Virus record (IMG/VR): IMGVR_UViG_3300030098_006079
Strand: one strand, 5' to 3'
Source of the DNA: a virus
Taxonomy: Duplodnaviria; Caudoviricetes
Length of the DNA: 64,000 bases
Shown: positions 50,101-57,988 of the stretch, in pieces
How positions within the stretch are numbered: the stretch's first letter is position 1
How the letters are laid out: every line of letters starts with the position of its first letter
Made by a program: the position numbers and the translations under genes
The notes under the pieces: generated by a model
What the model was told of the DNA's origin: nothing
Databases searched by the model: none
The model's input: the letters and a program-made list of their open reading frames with translations, nothing else

Positions 50101-51941
50101 CTTATTACTATAGATCTAGAGAAGGTACTATTGCTTGTAATATTACTGGTGGTACTACTGCGAGTTGTTTATCCTACGATAATGCAAATAACGCTTATGA
50201 TGTATCCGTACAGTATACTAGCTCTGTAGAGGATAACAATTTTGGTAATACAGGTGGTTGTAATGCTGGAAATGCTTATTTAACTCACCATAGTAGTCTA
50301 GGTACAAGTGTAGTTCTAACTACCGATAACTTACAACAGGCTTTGTGTTGTGGGTGTTGTACAAACACAGTTTGTTTAGGAAATTGTGGTGTTATAAAAA
50401 ATACAAACTTTACTACAGGGGTTGTTTGTGGTAATGATTGTGTAAGAGGTGGTAAGTTATGCTCTTCTGCATGGATATGCGCCAACACAGAAATATATCT
50501 CACTAATTGGGTAAGATTTAATACAGCGAATAAAGGTCTTTATTGGGCTGGTGCATGTCAGACACATCTTTACCCGGCGCAATCTAATTCAACTTTGTAT
50601 TTGAGATCGTGTCACTCTAATACTAGTTTAGCAATAACTACAAGCAACAATACTACTATACGTGGTTATCTTTATGGTGACTCGAGTAATAACTTTGGTT
50701 TCTTAGACTCTGATGGACAATGGGCTATAAGACACCTAGGTAATAATTGCACTGAATTTAGAATAGACAATGGAATAAAAGCAACTATATTCTCTTCATG
50801 TTTTTGTAGTAATAATGTTATATGCGCTGCTACATGTGTACATAGCGCAAAAATTTGCGGTACTCATTACGGAGATGGATCTAACTTAACTGGTGTTGGT
50901 GGTGGTTACTGTACTTGTTGTAATACCACAATAAAAACTGGCGGTACAGATTGTGGTAATATATATTTAGGTAAAGATGTGTTCGCTTGTGGTGTTGCTC
51001 AGGGTAAAACAACAGGGCATTTTAGGAACGTTGCTATAGGTGATTTTGCAATGGGTGCTCTTGGGTGTGACCCACATAGTAACGTAGTTATTGGATATAG
51101 CGCCGGCTCAACTGCTGGAACAACTTGTTGTCGAGGCTGTAACGGCTATTGTTATAATGTATACATAGGTCGTAATGCTGGGGACGGTACTTTTAATGGA
51201 TCAATCGGTGGTACCTCTAATACCGGTTCATGTAATGTGTTTGTTGGAGCATATACTGGCGGTGGTCCGCATAATGGGAAAAATAATGTTCTTATTGGAA
51301 CTAACTCTGGTTACAATATGCAGTGCGGCGCGTCTTGTAATTTGTTTTTAGGTCATGGATCTGGCGGTCATGTAACTACTGGTTGTAAGTGTGTTGTAAT
51401 TGGTTATGGTAGTGGTCAGTGTTACGACAACGCATCAATTTGCGCTGCGTGTACTCATGTAGCAACGTTAAATAAAAGCTCTGGTTCTTTTATTATTCCG
51501 CATCCTGATCCAGCAAAAACAGCGACAACTGACTTACGACATAGTTATGTCGAATCTCCTACGAGAGGTGATAATATTTATAGATGGCAAGTGGATGTTA
51601 CTAATTGTTGTAACGTTATTACGTTGCCAAGCTATTATCAATTTTTAAATGAAAATGATATGGTATGGGTATCACCTGTAGAGCATTTCGGTTCAGCATA
51701 TGGCAAAGTCACAGAAGATCAATGTTGTGCAATTATATGTACAAATGCTGACGGTAAATATAATGTTTTATTAGTAGGTACAAGATGTGACTGTATGGCT
51801 TTAAATCATTGGAAGGGTGTTGAACCACCAATGGAGAGTACATCTCCAGCACTTAGCGCTATTACTGAAGAAAATCCTAATGGGCCAGATTTTCCTCGTA
51901 GATTTGTATGTAATGTCAGAAAGCCAATGTCTGAATGGTAA
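47154..51941 (+). CDS. Cysteine-rich tail fibre protein with chaperone-like C-terminal domain
   Basis: Fibre modules, NVxIGxxAG repeats near the end, then FIIPHPDP...LRHSYVESP...VWVSP domain. Confidence 0.8.
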   Translation: MGLLSQQYGKLVELTAGSTLCTPTIRANADNGSGCVRFGNICVGSENLYNTIQSCTNLHFRAAGNCPIIVGDSGSTHTKICNAVCSPILCGTTCLSTAQVIGTKVSVGSLNTNYDLYNNGTSYLNGHVTIDDSLAITGAKIMKTGGYNKPGIQMCGTGNYSFCDLNVFLKNTGAANSAIFSDYEPHGEWGLFHDNNDDAFYITAGSSCHNVGSFNMKNCAGTVRTAYIKQKFVQGNGNAEIGGSLSVSPDCSNNYNGMAIGCTYTNIGGWHTQLSMYGGSHAVARWNHGAGTDGANNSRHNCIYAHVDNPFVICSSGNIRLKPGTGTTVSCGMFCAGCVCGVTCVYSNCVYANKLQADTCVVTGDLCLTEDYSGDMSNGIQLGRSIGIPQAAWGESGVKTGRIEIGLPTKDGEGGSSHLGMIHMTVDVYEYDGNDVSTFIIGGHNWSCRWYNCGAHITGGCTNKTIKLAYHACGGTCNGRYVVLIGECDSSWNYGSVHVRRINNGLYYNGNMDMGTPMYVKRVTCSDSYYNCTTSDLRSDSKSMAAYQYATTCVHTPRVCATTCVRSSYLYSTGNICGTEICSGSWFRNANSGQGLYNSATGFHFYSTAANIVRIYGASADNIGLQGYSCGAARGCLNWNCYNQLNVYDSGGNVRFLINSNTDIRLCNTTCLHCNIYVGGRIFACTQSESLNFKGARGCFTNEYMHLYNKVGIGHPSGWGCGETNTPDKGLSTYGKACIGYGVSASTDTLKVAGGVSTLGAKALYSESYANSFYPDAVGTWNLKSASGQTHSSLRFRRGDGNIDGYVYSSTGGYIGFLDSASYWAYGHQTNACHWWNISNTTHMKLCGNCLCHCHTICAQHCLRADKVEGVSCVQSCRYQHHWRTIAIGGDYDKFYPIGFTVKGGNNSEDILEIAQPSVHAPTTSCGAMYLKLGVNITGWGHISNHYIVHKYATGGTNSLVSKVRAIDHSTCRVGVWLRGGLTYYYRSREGTIACNITGGTTASCLSYDNANNAYDVSVQYTSSVEDNNFGNTGGCNAGNAYLTHHSSLGTSVVLTTDNLQQALCCGCCTNTVCLGNCGVIKNTNFTTGVVCGNDCVRGGKLCSSAWICANTEIYLTNWVRFNTANKGLYWAGACQTHLYPAQSNSTLYLRSCHSNTSLAITTSNNTTIRGYLYGDSSNNFGFLDSDGQWAIRHLGNNCTEFRIDNGIKATIFSSCFCSNNVICAATCVHSAKICGTHYGDGSNLTGVGGGYCTCCNTTIKTGGTDCGNIYLGKDVFACGVAQGKTTGHFRNVAIGDFAMGALGCDPHSNVVIGYSAGSTAGTTCCRGCNGYCYNVYIGRNAGDGTFNGSIGGTSNTGSCNVFVGAYTGGGPHNGKNNVLIGTNSGYNMQCGASCNLFLGHGSGGHVTTGCKCVVIGYGSGQCYDNASICAACTHVATLNKSSGSFIIPHPDPAKTATTDLRHSYVESPTRGDNIYRWQVDVTNCCNVITLPSYYQFLNENDMVWVSPVEHFGSAYGKVTEDQCCAIICTNADGKYNVLLVGTRCDCMALNHWKGVEPPMESTSPALSAITEENPNGPDFPRRFVCNVRKPMSEW

Positions 51942-51944
51942 TAC

Positions 51945-51972
51945 TTGAATTTTATCTATAACTAGATAAATT
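51945..51972 (+). promoter_or_regulatory. Sigma70-like promoter for the GT9/sulfotransferase pair
   Basis: TTGAAT-N16-TAAATT. Confidence 0.45.
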
Positions 51973-51977
51973 TTTAC

Positions 51978-53045
51978 GTGGACAAACATATTATCTTTCA
52001 CGTAGAAGGCGGTATCGGTAAGAACATTATGGCTACGGCCGTAGCTGAAGCTATATCAAAAGCACATCCTGATAGAAAATTAATCGTAGTAGCTGCATGG
52101 GCAGCAGTATGGGTAAATAATCCTCATATTGAACGTTTTTATATGCTGGGCGCTACTCCATACTTTTTTGAAGATTTTATTAAAGGTAAAGATACTTGGA
52201 TCTTTAAGTCTGAACCATACCACCATCATGACTTTTTAAACGGTAAGAGATACCTTGCAGATATTTGGTGTGAGCAACTAGGCGTACCATACAACGGAGA
52301 ATTACCCACAATAGTTCTATCTAAAAATGAGAAAGATAATATGGATAGAAAGCTCCGTGGTTTTGGTAAGCCTATATTTGCTCTACAAACTAACGGAGGT
52401 GGTCCACAAGACTACCCAGTATCATGGGTAAGAGATGTACCTCTATCTAATCTTAAAGAAGTACTAAACGAAGTTAATAAAGAATATAAGATTATTCATA
52501 TTAGGAGGAAAGATCAGTTAGAGATTAAAGGTATTGATTATATCGAAACTCCAAATGTAAGAGACCTATTTGCTCTTGTAGAATATTCTCATAACAGATT
52601 ATTAATTGATAGCTTTGCTCAACACGCAGCAGTTGCATTAGATAGACCATCTACTGTATTATGGCCTATTGATAACGTTAAGACATTAGGTTATCCTGAT
52701 TTTCATAACAATATTGTATCTAATGCTGATACTCGTAAAGTACATTTAATTGATAGTTACTTAGGTGCTCATCCGATCAATGGAGAGTTCTTACATGAGT
52801 GTCCATTTGATAATGACAATATATTTGAATCCCAACCAATCTTCGACAGTCTCGAAGAATTAGAAGAGAAAGAATTTTACGAAGCTCCTGCAGGGGTGAG
52901 AGTAAGTAACAAGCAAGAGAAGAACTTATTTGATACCGCTAAGCCGTTACCTCCAGAGCCTATGTTAGCTCAAATGAACAATCCATTCCCTCCTGCACCA
53001 GGTAAACGTACTAATAGACAAAAACCTAAGAAACGTAGAAAGTAA
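51978..53045 (+). CDS. GT-B glycosyltransferase, GT9 (heptosyltransferase)-like
   Basis: EGGIGKNIMATAV...HPDRKLIVV and LLIDSFAQHAAVALDRPSTVLW parallel GT9 motifs; GTG start. Confidence 0.75.
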   Translation: MDKHIIFHVEGGIGKNIMATAVAEAISKAHPDRKLIVVAAWAAVWVNNPHIERFYMLGATPYFFEDFIKGKDTWIFKSEPYHHHDFLNGKRYLADIWCEQLGVPYNGELPTIVLSKNEKDNMDRKLRGFGKPIFALQTNGGGPQDYPVSWVRDVPLSNLKEVLNEVNKEYKIIHIRRKDQLEIKGIDYIETPNVRDLFALVEYSHNRLLIDSFAQHAAVALDRPSTVLWPIDNVKTLGYPDFHNNIVSNADTRKVHLIDSYLGAHPINGEFLHECPFDNDNIFESQPIFDSLEELEEKEFYEAPAGVRVSNKQEKNLFDTAKPLPPEPMLAQMNNPFPPAPGKRTNRQKPKKRRK

Positions 53046-53863
53046 TGTCAACAATCTTTTTTCAGTCCTCTATGCCGAGGGCAGGTAGTACATTATTACA
53101 AAATGTACTTGCTCAAAATCCTGACATATATGCTACACCTACCTCAGGTGTATTAGAGTTAACATTCGCGGCTCGTCATATGTTTAACGAATCTAATGAG
53201 TTTAAAGCTCAAGACTCTAAAACTATGGAGGAAGGTCTTATTGGTTTCCTCAATGAAGGTATACATGGTTGGTATGATAATATTACTGACAAACCATATG
53301 TAGTGGATAAGAGTAGAGGTTGGGGTATACATTATGACTTCTTAGATGCTTTCTTAGAATATGAACCTAAGATTATCTGTATGGTAAGAGATCTTAGACA
53401 GATTATTGCCTCTATGGAAAAGAAATTTAGAGAGAATCCTCTCGACCATGACCCTATAGTTAATTGGTCAGAAATGTCGGGCACAACTGTTGAGAAAAGA
53501 GCGGACGTATGGTTACAAACACAGCCTGTAGGCTTAGCATTAGAGCGTTTTGGTGAGATAATTAAACGCGGGTGGGATAAACATATGTTGTTTGTAAAGT
53601 TTGAGGACTTCACAAAGTATCCAGATGAAGAAATGGATAGGATATATGACTATCTAGAACTTGATTCTTATACTGGACACGACTTCAATAAGGTAGAACA
53701 GACTACAAAAGAAGATGACACCATATACGGAATATACGGTGATCATAAAATTAATCCTGTAGTAAGCGAGTTACCACAGGATTATATCGACGTACTTGGT
53801 GTTAAAACTTGCGACCATATAAAAGATGTCGGTCAGTTTTATTTCAAGTATTTTAATTATTAA
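53045..53863 (+). CDS. PAPS-dependent sulfotransferase
   Basis: 5'-PSB loop SMPRAGSTLL, 3'-PB motif MVRDLRQIIAS, VKFEDF. Confidence 0.85.
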   Translation: MSTIFFQSSMPRAGSTLLQNVLAQNPDIYATPTSGVLELTFAARHMFNESNEFKAQDSKTMEEGLIGFLNEGIHGWYDNITDKPYVVDKSRGWGIHYDFLDAFLEYEPKIICMVRDLRQIIASMEKKFRENPLDHDPIVNWSEMSGTTVEKRADVWLQTQPVGLALERFGEIIKRGWDKHMLFVKFEDFTKYPDEEMDRIYDYLELDSYTGHDFNKVEQTTKEDDTIYGIYGDHKINPVVSELPQDYIDVLGVKTCDHIKDVGQFYFKYFNY

Positions 53864-54144
53864 GCAGCGCTGTTAGACTGATAATAAGTCCTACCCTCTG
53901 TAATAGCGGTATTGAACTTACTCTTCTGAGCTGTTGTAGCAGTTCCAGTAAACCAATCTTTATCCATCATAAGTTCGATGTGTCGATAGTTTCTGTCTGC
54001 ATCATCAGCTTTCTCAGCTGTAGTTTGTCCTGCTACTGCTTCTGTATTATCTACGATATTATCAATAACTGTAACAGAATCTAACGCGGCTGTTACTGCT
54101 GCCTGCGCTTCCGTCGAATTTGCTGTTGGATCACCTTCTGGCAT
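53860..54144 (-). CDS. Small fibre-associated hypothetical protein
   Basis: 94 aa, A/T/D-rich, RNYRHIELM; TAAATA upstream on the minus strand. Confidence 0.65.
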   Translation of the reverse strand: MPEGDPTANSTEAQAAVTAALDSVTVIDNIVDNTEAVAGQTTAEKADDADRNYRHIELMMDKDWFTGTATTAQKSKFNTAITEGRTYYQSNSAA

Positions 54145-54182
54145 GTAAGTATTTAATCAAAGTTGACTAAATTCCACATAGG

Positions 54183-54190
54183 TATAAATA
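54183..54190 (+). promoter_or_regulatory. T4 late promoter
   Basis: Exact TATAAATA before 54200. Confidence 0.7.
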
Positions 54191-54199
54191 ATTTTCGTT

Positions 54200-54445
54200 A
54201 TGGATCCGATACAAGCATTAGATATGTTAAATCAGGTTGTAAAAGGTATCAAGCTACCTTACAATGAACACGTCTTACTTGAAAGATCTGTAGATGTTCT
54301 TAAAGACGCACTACAAAGTGGTGGTGGTCAAGAACCTGCAGAGCTTCTAGACACAGATGAACCTGTTGTACTAGAAGATGAAGCCCCTAAAGCAACGAAG
54401 GCGAAGGCTAAAACCCCTCGTCGTGGCGGAAGGAGGAAGAAGTAG
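54200..54445 (+). CDS. Small hypothetical protein (paralogue of 54447)
   Basis: QALDML...LPYNEHVLLE; basic tail. Confidence 0.65.
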   Translation: MDPIQALDMLNQVVKGIKLPYNEHVLLERSVDVLKDALQSGGGQEPAELLDTDEPVVLEDEAPKATKAKAKTPRRGGRRKK

Positions 54446-54446
54446 T

Positions 54447-54680
54447 ATGGCGAACATTAGTCAAGGTACCAAAGCACCCGCTGAAGCCCAAGCACAACCT
54501 CAGCAAGAAGGTGGGCAAGAGATTAATCTAGATGAGCTCAGTACTGAGCAAGCATTTGGGTTTATTACAAGCGCTGTAAGATCACAGCCGTTCACATATA
54601 TGGAGCATGTTCAATTAGAGCAAGCTAGAGCGGCAGTAGGAACAGCAATTGGACTCACTCAACCCGCTGGACAAGTTTAA
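54447..54680 (+). CDS. Small hypothetical protein (paralogue of 54200)
   Basis: QAFGFI...FTYMEHVQLE; start re-called at MANIS. Confidence 0.65.
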   Translation: MANISQGTKAPAEAQAQPQQEGGQEINLDELSTEQAFGFITSAVRSQPFTYMEHVQLEQARAAVGTAIGLTQPAGQV

Positions 54681-54702
54681 CATAGATTAAACATAATAAA
54701 TC

Positions 54703-54727
54703 AAAGGCTCCGAAAGGAGTCTTTTTT
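54703..54727. terminator. Rho-independent terminator between convergent genes
   Basis: AAAGGCTCC-GAAA-GGAGTCTTT plus T-tract. Confidence 0.88.
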
Positions 54728-55716
54728 TATGCTTCTTGATAAATTTCACTCGCTTCAAACTCAGTCATAAATGTTTTGATATCGAGTCTAGACTTATCCA
54801 TATTTTTAAGATATAGATGAGTCTCTTTTATTAGCTCAATATCATTTATTTTTTTATTAGCAGTCTCTAGCGAGTTATAATAGAAGGGATAATCTTCCCC
54901 TAGGTATTGTACTACAGCTGGGTGACAATTAACTAGAAGTGGAATGTTTCTTGATATACAATCAGTAACACCATTATTAGCGCTTGTGTCTATTAGATAT
55001 AAGAAACCAATTGTGTCAGTCATAAACTTATCAAACTCTTTATTCTCTAAATGCTTATGTACTATAACATTACCTTTAATTTGTTCACCAGTATACTCTT
55101 GCTTACGCTTAAACTCTTTCATTTGCTCATCATATATTTGATGTGCATAAGGTAATCTGCCTAACAAAACATTCTTAGGCATTTGAGTATCTAACAGCCA
55201 ATACTTTTCAAAGTCTCTCAACCAGTAACCTAAACAAGTAACTTGAGGTTTCGCTAAGAACGCATTCAAATTAAATTCATCTACATCTAATGGTGTTGGG
55301 TGTAGTAAATTTTCTACTAAAATATGATCAAATCCGTATTGTGTAAAAATGTATCTTATATGATCTTCTAAATCATCTGATAAGGTGAATATACCTTTAC
55401 AGTTTCGCATAGCTAATACAAACGGTAACCGGGCACACATATTAATAGGTGTTTGTTTGATGTCAAACGGTTTTGGTATAATCATTGGATTGTGAATAAA
55501 ACCAATCCAATCTTTTTTATGGTGAGGGAGTACTTGAGGCTTGTCGTTGTTAAAGCAATAGTCCCAATCAAACGTTCTTTCTATAAATTCATCTATTAGT
55601 ATATCTGCGTTATCATTATGGTATCGTTTTACCATACACGCATTGACCCAATTCCAGCCCGCTCGATGTATTTCTTCTTTAAATGTTTTTTTCCTTAGAA
55701 AGTTAAATTGCTTCAC
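54727..55716 (-). CDS. GT-B-like glycosyltransferase-related protein
   Basis: WIGFIHNP, KGIFTLS, LLHPT, DTSANNGVTDCISRNIPLLVN.HPAVVQYLGEDYPFYY. Confidence 0.55.
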   Translation of the reverse strand: MKQFNFLRKKTFKEEIHRAGWNWVNACMVKRYHNDNADILIDEFIERTFDWDYCFNNDKPQVLPHHKKDWIGFIHNPMIIPKPFDIKQTPINMCARLPFVLAMRNCKGIFTLSDDLEDHIRYIFTQYGFDHILVENLLHPTPLDVDEFNLNAFLAKPQVTCLGYWLRDFEKYWLLDTQMPKNVLLGRLPYAHQIYDEQMKEFKRKQEYTGEQIKGNVIVHKHLENKEFDKFMTDTIGFLYLIDTSANNGVTDCISRNIPLLVNCHPAVVQYLGEDYPFYYNSLETANKKINDIELIKETHLYLKNMDKSRLDIKTFMTEFEASEIYQEA

Positions 55717-56105
55717 AATAACTCTTTATCGCGTCTTACACAATAATATGTATCTTTTTTTGTTTTATTAACAAGTGAACAATTATAATATAAACGCTCG
55801 ATTTTCTTCCACACTGCAGTACTATTTTCGTTGAGTAGATGAGAAGATCTAAATTCAGTAGCGCCAAGATCTAAACATTTTGATATTGTAGCAGTATAAA
55901 ATTGGAAGCCAAGATTTAATCCATGCAGCGCTGCATGTACATCAGAGTTAGTAACTGTAAATATTCTCCGACCATCTATTTTTTCAATATCTCCTTTTAG
56001 CTCTCCTTGTTCTTTTCCGCCTATTATTTCTATCAATTTTGATTCAAATGTCTGGTCATGTAGTTCGACATAAACTTCAAACTTAATTGTGGCTTGAATT
56101 ATCAT
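55713..56105 (-). CDS. GNAT-like protein
   Basis: VTNSDVHAALHGLNLGFQFY...NENSTAVWKK resembles GNAT motifs A and B. Confidence 0.45.
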   Translation of the reverse strand: MIIQATIKFEVYVELHDQTFESKLIEIIGGKEQGELKGDIEKIDGRRIFTVTNSDVHAALHGLNLGFQFYTATISKCLDLGATEFRSSHLLNENSTAVWKKIERLYYNCSLVNKTKKDTYYCVRRDKELL

Positions 56106-56121
56106 CGGCTGATACTAAAAT
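56094..56121 (+). promoter_or_regulatory. Sigma70-like promoter
   Basis: TTGAAT-N16-TAAAAT before 56128. Confidence 0.55.
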
Positions 56122-56127
56122 TATTTA

Positions 56128-56358
56128 ATGATTCATTCCGACATACTCAACTCTTTATCTGACGAAGAAAAGGCTATGCTATTAGCTTGTGTCAATCACC
56201 ATACAGGCAAAGAGTATGATTATCCAGACTTGCAATATTTTAGGAGAAATGTTTTTAAAGAAATCCTGCAAAGCTATTACAAGATTATAAACGAGAAGTT
56301 TAAACCAGAATATAAAAAAATGGTTGATAATATTAACACAGCATTTAAATCATTATAA
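56128..56358 (+). CDS. Hypothetical protein
   Basis: 76-aa ORF with its own promoter. Confidence 0.6.
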   Translation: MIHSDILNSLSDEEKAMLLACVNHHTGKEYDYPDLQYFRRNVFKEILQSYYKIINEKFKPEYKKMVDNINTAFKSL

Positions 56359-56873
56359 TGGCTTTTAGATTATTTGTTCTATTGGTATTATTGTTGTGTG
56401 GGTGTCAATCTAGTGATATTAATCAAGGTAAGGTTATACATCATGATGATTATAAACATTATTATGTTGTAAAAGAAGAAGGCCCAGATAAGGATATAGG
56501 TGAAAAGGTTGATACTGTTGCAGATAAAATAAAGAAGGTATTTAAAAAAGATCCTCCTGTTAAGTCAGCTACACCTACTAAGCCTAAAACAATTACCACA
56601 AATAAACCTAAAGCTGTTAAACCTATACAATTACCGAAAAGAAGAGTTAGAGAAGTTCAAGAAGTAACTAAACTACCTATTATTGTAGATGATACCAAAC
56701 TTATGCCTATGACAGAAGAGCAAGTTGAGATAGTTGATCTAAAGAATAATTTTGTTACTTCTGTTGCATATATTCAAGCAATTTTTATATTAGGGTTAGC
56801 TGGTTTTATATTTTATATCTATCATAAGAATAAAAAGAAGAAAATAGTTTCCGACAAAGTGTTGAAATTATAA
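56358..56873 (+). CDS. Lipoprotein with C-terminal TM helix
   Basis: Signal peptide with LLCGC lipobox, P/K-rich middle, C-terminal hydrophobic helix then KNKKKK. Confidence 0.65.
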   Translation: MAFRLFVLLVLLLCGCQSSDINQGKVIHHDDYKHYYVVKEEGPDKDIGEKVDTVADKIKKVFKKDPPVKSATPTKPKTITTNKPKAVKPIQLPKRRVREVQEVTKLPIIVDDTKLMPMTEEQVEIVDLKNNFVTSVAYIQAIFILGLAGFIFYIYHKNKKKKIVSDKVLKL

Positions 56874-56899
56874 CCTAACTTTATCAATAAGAATATTAT

Positions 56900-57058
56900 A
56901 TGACCTACCTTGATCTTTTAGAGAAACTTCAAGCCTTAGACGAAGACCAGCTAGAACAAGACGTTGAAGTAGTTGGCGACTGTATTAGAGATGAATATTA
57001 CGACATCGATGTCCGGTTAGATGATGATGGATACACTGTCCAGATAAGCCTCACCTAA
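56900..57058 (+). CDS. Small acidic hypothetical protein (52 aa, absent from ORF track)
   Basis: MTYLDLLEKLQALDEDQLEQDVEVV... Confidence 0.55.
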   Translation: MTYLDLLEKLQALDEDQLEQDVEVVGDCIRDEYYDIDVRLDDDGYTVQISLT

Positions 57059-57062
57059 GTTC

Positions 57063-57090
57063 TTGCATACCTCTGCAGATAAATTATTAT
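57063..57090 (+). promoter_or_regulatory. Sigma70-like promoter
   Basis: TTGCAT-N16-TATTAT. Confidence 0.55.
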
Positions 57091-57324
57091 ATGCGTATGA
57101 ATGAATTCGAGTCCCTTGATGATATGTTAAATTATGTTTCTGATAATGCAGACACAATTCTTAAAAATGTTGATTACGACTCAGATGATCCAGAAGGTAT
57201 GAAAAAAGCACTAGAAATAAAAGCAATGCAAGAATTGCTAGATGAAATGGTTGCCGAAGGTTTGCTTAAAATCGTTGGTAAGAATGAGAATGGTGATGAT
57301 CTGTATCAATGCGCTGACGAATAA
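57091..57324 (+). CDS. Acidic hypothetical protein
   Basis: 77-aa ORF, first of a coupled run. Confidence 0.6.
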   Translation: MRMNEFESLDDMLNYVSDNADTILKNVDYDSDDPEGMKKALEIKAMQELLDEMVAEGLLKIVGKNENGDDLYQCADE

Positions 57325-57560
57325 TGTACGTTGAATCTATTCTAATAAAAGATAAAGAACAACTCATCCCATTTGTAAATCTAATAAATGAAATTTGCGC
57401 GACGGGGCTAATAGAAGATGAATACGTTAGTGATTGGATAACTACTCATCACAACTTCTTAAATAAAACCCCTTTGGAAGAGTTTAATGATAATGGTATG
57501 GATAGAGTTTTAGATTTATTATCCCTAATTCATCTCGATGAAGCAGATGTAATTGATTAA
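57324..57560 (+). CDS. MbcA/ParS/Xre (DUF2384)-like antitoxin C-terminal domain protein
   Basis: VSDWITTHHNFLNKTPLE..NDNGMDRVLDLL. Confidence 0.55.
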   Translation: MYVESILIKDKEQLIPFVNLINEICATGLIEDEYVSDWITTHHNFLNKTPLEEFNDNGMDRVLDLLSLIHLDEADVID

Positions 57561-57561
57561 T

Positions 57562-57987
57562 ATGGAAGTAGAAACGTTAAATAAAACATGGTTCGTAGAT
57601 GTAGATGGAACAATCCTACATCATCACACAAATGATAGCTTGGATAAACTTATCGAGGAGTATGGAGAAGATAGTTTTAAATATGAACAGCCTATTGTTA
57701 GTGCTGTAGAGTTTTTTCAAGATCTACCGGAAACAGATATCATTGTTATTGCAACTGCTCGCGAAAAGAGACACACCGATCATACATTAAATGTATTAGA
57801 ATATATTGGTATGCCTTTTGATCAATGGATATTCGAGTTAGGTGCTGGTCCTAGAGTTGTGGTAAACGACATCAAACCACCGGGCGCGGCTGGCAATAAA
57901 AGAGCTCTCAAGACAGCTTACGGAATTAATCTAGATCGAGATGGAGGAATTACATCAAAGCATCGTGCGATTGCAGCAAAAATTTAA
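57562..57987 (+). CDS. HAD-superfamily phosphatase-like protein
   Basis: [10 protein letters not shown] (DxDGT), IATAR, VVVND; in-frame ATGs at 57553 and 57562. Confidence 0.75.
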   Translation: MEVETLNKTWFVDVDGTILHHHTNDSLDKLIEEYGEDSFKYEQPIVSAVEFFQDLPETDIIVIATAREKRHTDHTLNVLEYIGMPFDQWIFELGAGPRVVVNDIKPPGAAGNKRALKTAYGINLDRDGGITSKHRAIAAKI

Positions 57988-57988
57988 A

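Noticed and set aside
30142-51941. Cys excess caused by codon reassignment
   Set aside because: TGT/TGC encode the expected catalytic Cys in QueF and NrdA; TAA, TAG and TGA end genes at expected positions; neither tRNA is a suppressor.
8034-51941. Diversity-generating retroelement targeting the fibres (Mtd_N-like domain present)
   Set aside because: No reverse transcriptase and no adenine-variant template/variable repeat pair seen in this window; Mtd_N is only an anchor domain.
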